A stretch of 64,000 bases of DNA, taken from a virus. The position numbers and the translations under genes are program-made. The notes under the pieces are model-generated. The model was not told where the DNA came from. It made no database searches and saw only the letters and a program-made list of their open reading frames with translations. The stretch covers positions 4,219 to 68,218 of IMG/VR virus record IMGVR_UViG_3300043446_000617. One strand, written 5' to 3'. Below, piece by piece: positions 26,894-34,073 of this stretch. How positions within the stretch are numbered: position 1 is the first letter of the stretch; each line of letters opens with the position of its first letter.

Positions 26894-27092
26894 AGTACTT
26901 TTATTGGTTTTGTTGTTGTCTGGATGTAAGGATGTCTACAGGTATCCCTGCCAGAACCCTGATAACTTTATCTTGGAACAGTGCCAAAAGCCTAAATGTC
27001 TGTTTACTCAACAATGTCCTGAGTACCTGGTAGCCCCAATTCTTGAAAAAAAGGTTAATGATGTCCCAACAGAAACCAAGACCAACAATTGA
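26886..27092 (+). CDS. Small lipoprotein
   Basis: Lipobox LSGC; YRY.CQNP.N..CQKPKC; homologue at 58951. Confidence 0.75.
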   Translation: MYKVLLLVLLLSGCKDVYRYPCQNPDNFILEQCQKPKCLFTQQCPEYLVAPILEKKVNDVPTETKTNN

Positions 27093-27555
27093 AGAGATAG
27101 AAACCTATGTTTGGGGATTTGTGGTCGTTGTGGTCACATTGATTCTGTGCTTCATCGTTGTGGCTTTGCTCTACTCTGTGACATTCGTGACTCAGCCAAT
27201 CAAGAGTATGGCCCCGATTGATATGGCATATACCAAGATGCTCAATGACATCGTTTTGCTCATTGTTGGTGGAATCGGTGGAGTTATCGGTAAAAAGGGC
27301 GTAGGAAGCGCTATAAACGCCATCCAAGGCACTCCAACACCGCCTCCAGTGCAACCTAGTCCACCACCTGTTCAAACGCCTGTAGCGACTTCTACTTGGA
27401 GTCCTACAACTTCTGCGCCAAACTGGTTAAATTTCAAGAATCCTGACCTAGATGAGTCTTGGACACCACCACCTCCTCCAACCACGCCTCCTGACCACTT
27501 AGAACCTGATCACGAGCGTGAAGAGCTAGCAAAAGCAAGAAAAGAGGCTGAATAA
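27058..27555 (+). CDS. Two-TM holin-like protein
   Basis: Two hydrophobic helices, Pro-rich tail; lysis cassette. Confidence 0.55.
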   Translation: MMSQQKPRPTIEEIETYVWGFVVVVVTLILCFIVVALLYSVTFVTQPIKSMAPIDMAYTKMLNDIVLLIVGGIGGVIGKKGVGSAINAIQGTPTPPPVQPSPPPVQTPVATSTWSPTTSAPNWLNFKNPDLDESWTPPPPPTTPPDHLEPDHEREELAKARKEAE

Positions 27556-28052
27556 TGTTTGGCATTCCACTTTCTTGGCTACTTTTGGGGTTTTCTATTG
27601 CTTTATTTGGGACTTACCGAGGTGGATATCACTTTGGTTGGGCAGATAGAGATGCTGAAATGCAAATAGCCATTGCTAAGAAGAATGAAGAATCTCGTCA
27701 AATAGAGCAAAAACTCAATGAAGAGCTAAATACTACTGCCAGTAAACTCATGGAGGTTAATAATGTTGTCAATCAAAAACAGTCTGCTTTGGATAATGCT
27801 ATTAGGGCTGGTCGGGTGCGGATCAGCTCCCCAAGTTGTGTACAAGCCACCCCAAGTCCCGCCCCTACCACCACAGATTCAAAAGCAGGAAGTCAACCTG
27901 ACAGACAGGCTAACGAAGCTTCTGATGCCGAACGAGCAACCCTCCAAGCCATCGCAGAAATAGTCGCCCAAGGTGATAAGAATACTGCCGCATTGAATGC
28001 TTGCGTGGACGCATACGAGAATGTAAGGAATTTGTTAAATGGTAACAAGTGA
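27555..28052 (+). CDS. Rz: i-spanin (Rz-like)
   Basis: N-terminal TM helix, coiled coil, LNAC.D.Y C-terminus. Confidence 0.8.
   Translation: MFGIPLSWLLLGFSIALFGTYRGGYHFGWADRDAEMQIAIAKKNEESRQIEQKLNEELNTTASKLMEVNNVVNQKQSALDNAIRAGRVRISSPSCVQATPSPAPTTTDSKAGSQPDRQANEASDAERATLQAIAEIVAQGDKNTAALNACVDAYENVRNLLNGNK
27763..27963 (+). CDS. Rz1: o-spanin lipoprotein (Rz1-like) embedded in Rz
   Basis: Alternative frame, lipobox LVGC, Pro-rich; conserved at 59840. Confidence 0.75.
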   Translation: MLSIKNSLLWIMLLGLVGCGSAPQVVYKPPQVPPLPPQIQKQEVNLTDRLTKLLMPNEQPSKPSQK

Positions 28053-28638
28053 TCAACTACAAAAACTGAAGATTAGCCCTGAATGGGTTGATCCTTTAAA
28101 CGAAACATTTGCTCGTTTTGACATCTCTACGCCACTTAGACAAGCTTGTTTTATTGGTCAAGCAGCACATGAGAGTGGTAACTTTAAGAAACTCCAAGAG
28201 GGCTTGAGTTATTCTGCCGAACGACTCATGGTTATCTGGCCCAAGCGATTTCCTACGCTAGAGATTGCTCAAAAGTACGCTCGTAACGAAAAAGCATTGG
28301 CAAACAATGTTTACGCCAATCGTATGGGCAACAGAGATGAAGCCTCTGGTGATGGATTCAGGTTTTCTGGAAAAGGTCTGTTTCAACTAACTGGTCATGC
28401 AAATTTCTATCACGCAGGACAGGCTTTAGGTGTTGATTTTGTAATGCAACCAGAGTTGGTTAAAACACCGCAATATGCAGCTCTAACTGCAGGATGGTTT
28501 TGGTCTACACAGAAACTTAATCAGTATGCTGATACCCGAGACTACAAGACCATGACTAAACGCATAAATGGCGGTCTAATAGGTCTTGCAGATCGGGAAA
28601 AAGAGATAAATCACGCATTAGCAGTTCTTACTGCTTAG
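28039..28638 (+). CDS. GH19-family endolysin
   Basis: FIGQ..HESG.F, G.G.FQLTG..N, INGG..GL.DR. Confidence 0.9.
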   Translation: MVTSDQLQKLKISPEWVDPLNETFARFDISTPLRQACFIGQAAHESGNFKKLQEGLSYSAERLMVIWPKRFPTLEIAQKYARNEKALANNVYANRMGNRDEASGDGFRFSGKGLFQLTGHANFYHAGQALGVDFVMQPELVKTPQYAALTAGWFWSTQKLNQYADTRDYKTMTKRINGGLIGLADREKEINHALAVLTA

Positions 28639-28937
28639 TCCTTGTAAAAAATCCCATCAGCACCAAGTCTGCCTGTGCGTCCTTTAATCTCCTCGTAAGC
28701 GCCTTTAAAACAGTCTACAAGGTCTAAATCAGCGCAAGCGCAACCCATTACTAGGGTGACAAGAATATCGCCATAAGCGTCTTTTATTGCGTCTTTGTCA
28801 TCTTTGGAGATGGCATCGAACAATTCGTCTAGCTCTTCCTTGGTCTTCAGGGCTTGAGCAAATGGAGTGCTATTTTGTACGATTCCTCTTGCTTCACCCC
28901 ATTGGATGACCTTCATTTCAACATCTGCATAACTCAT
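28635..28937 (-). CDS. MazG-like NTP pyrophosphohydrolase
   Basis: K..EE..EL, DA.GD..V, AY.EIK.R. Confidence 0.8.
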   Translation of the reverse strand: MSYADVEMKVIQWGEARGIVQNSTPFAQALKTKEELDELFDAISKDDKDAIKDAYGDILVTLVMGCACADLDLVDCFKGAYEEIKGRTGRLGADGIFYKD

Positions 28938-29113
28938 TTCTTGCCCTTAGTATTAAGATTTTTATAAGTGATTCGTTTTGTCCAACAAGATTGACAGTTC
29001 CATTTAGAACCCATGTCAATTCCTCCTTCTGGAGGCTTCATGGATTCGCATTTATCACAGAACTTAAACTTGTTGGCAGGTGGATTACCGCCTAACTCAA
29101 TTGGTGGCATCAT
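28934..29113 (-). CDS. Small CxxC/CxxC protein
   Basis: Hand-translated; CDKC...CQSC; overlaps neighbours. Confidence 0.55.
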   Translation of the reverse strand: MMPPIELGGNPPANKFKFCDKCESMKPPEGGIDMGSKWNCQSCWTKRITYKNLNTKGKK

Positions 29114-29292
29114 TTTTTATCTCTCGCAGGACAAGTTCGTCCCTGATTGCAGTTCCCATGACAAGGTGGGCATACTTTCATGTTTCTTACATAAGTAGCA
29201 AAACTATGTGCCGTATCACCAAATGGTTTCATCTTCTCAAACTCTTTGGCAACCTCTTCTAGAGTGTCGTTTCTGGTTTGATTCTCGTTCAT
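29110..29292 (-). CDS. Hypothetical protein (RNDTLEEVA; C-terminal CHGNCNQGR.CP)
   Basis: RBS GGAGG; ATGA-coupled. Confidence 0.65.
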   Translation of the reverse strand: MNENQTRNDTLEEVAKEFEKMKPFGDTAHSFATYVRNMKVCPPCHGNCNQGRTCPARDKK

Positions 29293-29471
29293 CTTATCCT
29301 CCGCAGCGGAATATCTAATTTCTCTGGTGGTGGAGGAGTCATGTTCTCTGAAGGAGGAGTCCATCCATGCTTTCTCCAAAGGGCTTGGACATCCGATCCT
29401 GATTCCCATTTAAAGTCTTTCAAGGGAATAGATGGATAGCTAATCTTTGAATGTGGTGGTTTTTCAATCAT
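29289..29471 (-). CDS. Small Pro-rich conserved protein
   Basis: Homologue at 62535. Confidence 0.7.
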   Translation of the reverse strand: MIEKPPHSKISYPSIPLKDFKWESGSDVQALWRKHGWTPPSENMTPPPPEKLDIPLRRIR

Positions 29472-29782
29472 ACTGTCCACTCCCTTTCTGCACGACCTGA
29501 GTCTGATTTGACTGTCTTACCAGTTAATTTGATAAGTCCAATCTTCTGCATTTCTCCCAAACGCCTGGCAACCTGATTTGAGTCTAGGTTTGTCATGGCT
29601 GAGATTCCATCTTTACCAAGTGGCCCATAAGTCTGCAGGCACTCTAAGATTATTTGGAAGTGGTGGGCAACAACAGGCTTGATTGCTTCTGCCGCCTCAT
29701 GTGATGTTACAGGGTCTGTTTTCCTGACTCTAGGAAACTCAGACAAGTTAAACATTCTGTCAAAAGCACTTTTAATATCCAT
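29468..29782 (-). CDS. Winged-helix DNA-binding protein
   Basis: R.TDP.TSHEAA leader plus wHTH ending SGR.ER.W; homologue at 62714. Confidence 0.7.
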   Translation of the reverse strand: MDIKSAFDRMFNLSEFPRVRKTDPVTSHEAAEAIKPVVAHHFQIILECLQTYGPLGKDGISAMTNLDSNQVARRLGEMQKIGLIKLTGKTVKSDSGRAEREWTV

Positions 29783-29801
29783 TATTAACTCCTATTAAGT
29801 T

Positions 29802-29858
29802 GGGGGTACTTACTGTTCTTTCGCAAACTAAGGAAACTCATTGCACAGCTTTCCCCCC
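29802..29858 (-). ncRNA. Candidate cis-regulatory hairpin with loop-E (AGUA/GAA) motif
   Basis: Covaries with 63066-63127. Confidence 0.5.
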
Positions 29859-29870
29859 GAGAAAAGTTTA

Positions 29871-30110
29871 TCAGAAAGGCACGTCAGAGTCATCAAACCC
29901 TGTTGCTTTAGAGCGTTCAGAAGGCTTTGCTTGTTGTTCCTTGGGAGACACTGCCAAACCCATGAATTTACCGCCCTTACCTTCTTTGATCCAAGCAGAT
30001 AGCCAGTAATCCTGACCACCTACTGTTATGTTTCCTTTGTAATCAGGATGGTTTCCTGTTTCTTTCTTGTCATTCTTGAACAAAACACCCGAGTTATCAC
30101 GCTTTTCCAT
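29871..30110 (-). CDS. Small single-stranded DNA-binding protein (DUF736-like)
   Basis: HPDYKG...WLSAW; acidic DDSDVPF tail; next to annealase. Confidence 0.7.
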   Translation of the reverse strand: MEKRDNSGVLFKNDKKETGNHPDYKGNITVGGQDYWLSAWIKEGKGGKFMGLAVSPKEQQAKPSERSKATGFDDSDVPF

Positions 30111-30111
30111 A

Positions 30112-30720
30112 TTAAATTTCCTTTGCCTTTTTCAAGGCGGTACGCACTTTACTAGGAAGCAAAGTCCACAATGCGATTTTTTGCTCGGCATCTAGGCTCT
30201 CTGCTTCTAACTTAACCCAAGCTTCTCTTGGATCACCTTGCTCGCACATGGCAATCAATTCGACTGCCATCTCTTGCAGGTACTGTAATTCCTCTTCAGG
30301 AATGTTATCTGTTGCACCCTGAGTAGGCGTAATCACGACTAATTTACCTTCTTCTGGGACATCTTCACCGCTATACAAATATAGACCCAATCCATGAAGT
30401 GCCAGGGCTTTTGTCATGCAGCGCATGATGGCAGTATTAACTGCAAAAGCGTCAGGTTTAGGGATTGCTTTGTTTCGGTAATCCATGACTGGCAATTGGC
30501 AAGTCATTGGTTTGTTGAACATGGTAACTGTCACAAATACCATTGCCGTACCATTGATGTCCATGAAACACTTGTCTCCGAACATTTCCACCTTGTAGGA
30601 AGCAGTAGGATCAGCCTTGAGAGCTTCTGCCCAACCCCATGCCCATGATAGGTAGGACAAACCATTTTTCTTCTCAACGTGTTCGTTGACATTGGTTTTT
30701 AGTAACGCTTCTATTGACAT
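30112..30720 (-). CDS. Sak3/DUF1071-type single-strand annealing protein
   Basis: [38 protein letters not shown]. Confidence 0.8.
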   Translation of the reverse strand: MSIEALLKTNVNEHVEKKNGLSYLSWAWGWAEALKADPTASYKVEMFGDKCFMDINGTAMVFVTVTMFNKPMTCQLPVMDYRNKAIPKPDAFAVNTAIMRCMTKALALHGLGLYLYSGEDVPEEGKLVVITPTQGATDNIPEEELQYLQEMAVELIAMCEQGDPREAWVKLEAESLDAEQKIALWTLLPSKVRTALKKAKEI

Positions 30721-30721
30721 A

Positions 30722-30907
30722 TTAACTCCTGTAAGTATCTAACTCGTCATCGATGATTTGTTTTTGTTGATCAAGGTCTAAATCCTTGAACTGGATAAAG
30801 TCTGCTTCTTGGCAACAGACTATTTTGTTTCCTTTTGTTTTCAAACAATAAGGGCAGTACTGAATTCCTGAGAATTCTTCTATGTAGGTCTGAAATAGTG
30901 ATTTCAT
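30722..30907 (-). CDS. Small Cys-containing protein
   Basis: YCPYC...CC; coupled to neighbours. Confidence 0.6.
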   Translation of the reverse strand: MKSLFQTYIEEFSGIQYCPYCLKTKGNKIVCCQEADFIQFKDLDLDQQKQIIDDELDTYRS

Positions 30908-31107
30908 TAGTGAAGCTTGTCAAATGCCATTTCCCATAAGACATCAGATGCTAGGTTGGTTAGTTTGTCTAACTCATCTTCTGTCAATGGCGTACCATCT
31001 TCATAACTACCACTAGAGAAGTAAGCATCGCAGAAATCTGGATAATCTCTGCTATCTACTCCATCTACCTCTAGGTCTACGACCTGTTTTCCATTAAGTA
31101 TTGGCAT
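30907..31107 (-). CDS. Acidic small protein (DYPDFCDAY motif)
   Basis: Strong RBS ACAGGAG; first gene of leftward operon. Confidence 0.75.
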   Translation of the reverse strand: MPILNGKQVVDLEVDGVDSRDYPDFCDAYFSSGSYEDGTPLTEDELDKLTNLASDVLWEMAFDKLH

Positions 31108-31254
31108 ATTCACTCCTGTTGTTTACCAAATGTCCGTTTTTGCAATTCGTCCCTGTTTTACGCTTGATTCAATCAACCATGTTAGGCACAAGTTTCGATG
31201 GCATTGCAACTGTTTAGCTCGATGGACTTCGAGGAGAAAGTTGCCCAACACCTG

Positions 31255-31335
31255 TAATGTGCCACACCTTTTTAATCTTTTTAATAGGGATAAACCCTTA
31301 GTTACAAGACTATTTTGCCATGCTAGGCTACTCGT
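31255..31335. promoter_or_regulatory. Divergent promoter region centred on TAGGGATAAACCCTTA
   Basis: TGcTAGGCT 23 nt to the right; weaker -10 at similar distance to the left. Confidence 0.6.
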
Positions 31336-31521
31336 ATGAACATCGAACAAATTGAACAAACTTGCGCTGAAACACTACAGGGCTATGCTAATCGCATGGC
31401 TGTTGTCTATGTTGACGAACCTGGCGATTTCTCTGCAGCAGTAACTGCTTTGCTTGTCAGAACTCTAGAGTTGCATCTAGATCGTCCAATAAACATAAAA
31501 AAAATGCTTGACACGCATTAA
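31336..31521 (+). CDS. Hypothetical protein, probably leaderless
   Basis: ATG 6 nt after putative -10; no SD. Confidence 0.6.
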   Translation: MNIEQIEQTCAETLQGYANRMAVVYVDEPGDFSAAVTALLVRTLELHLDRPINIKKMLDTH

Positions 31522-31546
31522 ATTTGTGTAAAATAAAGTTGTTGCT

Positions 31547-31660
31547 GTGGTAGGTAACAAAATTAAGGCCGTTTGCACATACTCTCTGTCTTCCCTAAGT
31601 ACCGATAAGGGTGTATTTAGGAAAGACTACCACCAGAGAGTAGTTGCAAGCGGTTTTTTT
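31547..31660 (+). ncRNA. c4-antisense-like structured leader/terminator RNA
   Basis: Nested stems, bulged CTACCAC complementary to upstream GTGGTAG, U tract; sigma70-like promoter at 31508-31534. Confidence 0.55.
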
Positions 31661-31884
31661 ATTTCTACTTCAGCTTCCGTACTCCACACGAAAGTAGTGC
31701 ATCTGCATGGATGGCTTGGAAGAAAACACCGACATCAGGAAACACCCCCTGTTTGCCGACCAGCGTTAGTTAAGCGACTGGTAAAGCATTTGGTACATCG
31801 GTGGAAACAAGGCCAAATGTATAAGCGAATTAACTCGTCATGCGCACTTGGGGCGTTTTGTATTTTAGTTAACAGGAGTCAATA

Positions 31885-32331
31885 ATGAATACCTTAATGC
31901 TTGGAGAAGGTCGGATAGAAAGTCCTCTATCCACCCTTGGAGAACCTATGTCTAAAGGAAATAGCATGGATAACTTTGAAAGATTCTGGACAACTTGGCC
32001 TAAATCATTCAGAAAAGGTGGCAAGGCTGCCTGTCTCGTAAAGTGGAAAAAGTTTTATTGTGATACTTGCGCAGACCAGATCATCAAGCATATCGAATGG
32101 ATGAAAACAACAGATGCTTGGAGAAAAGACGATGGTGCTTTTATTCCTGCACCTCTGGTTTATCTGAATCAACAAAGATGGGATGGGGCTGAGATTCCAG
32201 AAAGCTTCGGGATCAAAAAAGAAGTTGAAATTGATCCTGCACTTGCAAAGATTGAGGCTGACAGAAAAAAAGCCGCCCCAATGCCTGAACATATAAGAAC
32301 TAGACTAGCTCAATTAAGGAATAAAACATGA
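31885..32331 (+). CDS. Replication initiator C-terminal-like protein (start uncertain)
   Basis: FERFW..WPK...K.A...W...FIP.P..YLNQQRW pattern. Confidence 0.65.
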   Translation: MNTLMLGEGRIESPLSTLGEPMSKGNSMDNFERFWTTWPKSFRKGGKAACLVKWKKFYCDTCADQIIKHIEWMKTTDAWRKDDGAFIPAPLVYLNQQRWDGAEIPESFGIKKEVEIDPALAKIEADRKKAAPMPEHIRTRLAQLRNKT

Positions 32332-32435
32332 GCCACTATCAGGCAATGATCCTGTTAGACCAAGTAAAGGATGGAAAGAATGTTCCGCTTTATCTGATAA
32401 ACAAAGCATTGGAGCTTACAGGAGACTTAGAGTAA
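32328..32435 (+). CDS. 35-aa protein (..ALELTGDL)
   Basis: Hand-translated; ATGA-coupled. Confidence 0.55.
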   Translation: MSHYQAMILLDQVKDGKNVPLYLINKALELTGDLE

Positions 32436-32441
32436 ACACCT

Positions 32442-32654
32442 ATGGTTTATTCAAGAAAAGTTGTATCAAATGTTGGAGACAGAGTTGTATTGGAAAAAGC
32501 CGAAGCAAGGGAAATATTCCGCTCTTGGCAGACAACCAGAGATAACGACTTTGTTCGTGCCAGACTTGAGCGTTGCGAAAGAATCTATGGAACTGGAGCA
32601 AGAGATCGAGTCCGTTTTTATATGCGTCAAATGAAAGAAGGACAAATTGAATGA
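32442..32654 (+). CDS. Hypothetical basic protein
   Basis: Open ORF coupled to MTase beta start. Confidence 0.6.
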   Translation: MVYSRKVVSNVGDRVVLEKAEAREIFRSWQTTRDNDFVRARLERCERIYGTGARDRVRFYMRQMKEGQIE

Positions 32655-33648
32655 GTTGGCTAATCAGCAGGGCCTTAATGAACTCGCTCTCTTCGCAGGA
32701 GCAGGTGGAGGCATTCTCGGAGGACACCTCCTTGGATGGAGAACAGTCTGTGCAGTTGAATGGGAGCAATACCCAGCTAGCGTATTGTGCGCAAGACAAA
32801 ATGATGGGTTTCTCCCGCCTTTCCCGATTTGGGATGACGTTCAAACCTTTGATGGAAGACCTTGGCGAGGAATTGTTGATGTCGTATCTGGCGGGTTTCC
32901 ATGCCAAGACATCTCAGCCGCAGGAAAAGGTGTCGGAATCGATGGAGAGCGGTCAGGAATGTGGCGAGAAATGGCGAGGATCATTCGTGAAGTACGACCC
33001 AGATTCGTCTTCGTGGAAAACTCACCAATGCTCACTTCTCGGGGACTTGGAGCCGTTCTCGGAGACTTGGCCTCAATGGGGTTTGATGCGAAATGGGGAG
33101 TGTTGGGAGCAAACGACATTGGAGCGAACCATCAGAGGGACAGGATTTGGATTAGAGGAGAACAAATGGGCAACTCCGACAACCATGGACAAACTTCCTC
33201 CGAAGTCTGCCCAAGCTTTGGAGAAAGAAGCAACACAAGCTCGACCTGGCAGAAGCAAACCTGCCAATCTAAGGGATCAGGTGAGCAATATGCAGAACTG
33301 GCCTACCCCGAACGCATGGGATGGCAAGAGAGGACCTCGGAGCGAGGAAAATCTGAAGAACAAGAAGCACCAAATCAACCTGATAACTGCAGTCAAACAA
33401 GCGGAGCGGGAGAAGCTTTTGCCAACACCAAACGCTCGGGATTGGAAGGACGGAAAGACTGCGGGAAACAGGAAGTCACCTGGACTTGGGGTGGTGGCGC
33501 ACCAATTGGAAACAGAGACTGGTGGGCAACTGAACCCAACGTGGGTCGAGTGGCTCATGGGGTGGCCGCTCGGATGGAGCGAATTAAAGCCATTGGTAAC
33601 GGACAAGTCCCCTTGTGCGCTGCCTCCGCATGGAGAGTCCTGAAATGA
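32647..33648 (+). CDS. C5-cytosine DNA methyltransferase, alpha chain
   Basis: LFAGAGG (I), GFPCQ (IV), VENSP (VI), HQRDR (VIII), GNGQVP (X). Confidence 0.9.
   Translation: MNELANQQGLNELALFAGAGGGILGGHLLGWRTVCAVEWEQYPASVLCARQNDGFLPPFPIWDDVQTFDGRPWRGIVDVVSGGFPCQDISAAGKGVGIDGERSGMWREMARIIREVRPRFVFVENSPMLTSRGLGAVLGDLASMGFDAKWGVLGANDIGANHQRDRIWIRGEQMGNSDNHGQTSSEVCPSFGERSNTSSTWQKQTCQSKGSGEQYAELAYPERMGWQERTSERGKSEEQEAPNQPDNCSQTSGAGEAFANTKRSGLEGRKDCGKQEVTWTWGGGAPIGNRDWWATEPNVGRVAHGVAARMERIKAIGNGQVPLCAASAWRVLK
32651..33643 (+). CDS. Overlapping MTase beta chain (motif IX-like, PTP repeats)
   Basis: 330 open codons in +1 frame; ATGA-coupled to upstream gene; LNPTWVEWLMGWP. Confidence 0.78.
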   Translation: MSWLISRALMNSLSSQEQVEAFSEDTSLDGEQSVQLNGSNTQLAYCAQDKMMGFSRLSRFGMTFKPLMEDLGEELLMSYLAGFHAKTSQPQEKVSESMESGQECGEKWRGSFVKYDPDSSSWKTHQCSLLGDLEPFSETWPQWGLMRNGECWEQTTLERTIRGTGFGLEENKWATPTTMDKLPPKSAQALEKEATQARPGRSKPANLRDQVSNMQNWPTPNAWDGKRGPRSEENLKNKKHQINLITAVKQAEREKLLPTPNARDWKDGKTAGNRKSPGLGVVAHQLETETGGQLNPTWVEWLMGWPLGWSELKPLVTDKSPCALPPHGES

Positions 33649-34073
33649 CATTCATGTTGACCTACATTGTCTATGGTGAGCCAGTAGGCAAAGGCAGACC
33701 AAGGTTTGCTAGAAGGGGCAAATTCACCTCTACCTATACGCCACAAAAGACAAAGACTTACGAAGATGAAATCAGGATGATGGCAAAGGCAGCTATGGGT
33801 GCTTCAGAGCCTTTAGACACGCCTATAACAGTCGCAATTTATATCAGAGTTGGAATACCCGCATCCTACTCAAAACAGAAGCGCAAAGACGCATTGTCAG
33901 GAATCATCAAGCCCATGAAGAAGCCCGATCTAGACAATGTAGCCAAGTGCTTTTTGGACTCCATGAATGAAATTGTCTATCTGGATGACAAACAGGTAGT
34001 CAATCTCCATGTGACAAAGGTTTATGCAGAAACCCCTGCAGTAGAAGTAATGGTTAAAGAGGATTTAACATGA
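33645..34073 (+). CDS. rusA: RusA-family resolvase
   Basis: GKGRPRF, KKPDLDN, DDKQVV. Confidence 0.88.
   Translation: MTFMLTYIVYGEPVGKGRPRFARRGKFTSTYTPQKTKTYEDEIRMMAKAAMGASEPLDTPITVAIYIRVGIPASYSKQKRKDALSGIIKPMKKPDLDNVAKCFLDSMNEIVYLDDKQVVNLHVTKVYAETPAVEVMVKEDLT

Noticed and set aside
27763-27963. Embedded Rz1 as a novel overlapping gene
   Set aside because: Real, but the well-known lambda-type embedded spanin arrangement.
31547-31885. 112-aa ORF upstream of the replication gene
   Set aside because: GTG start without SD, runs through a terminator-like RNA structure, no recognisable motifs.
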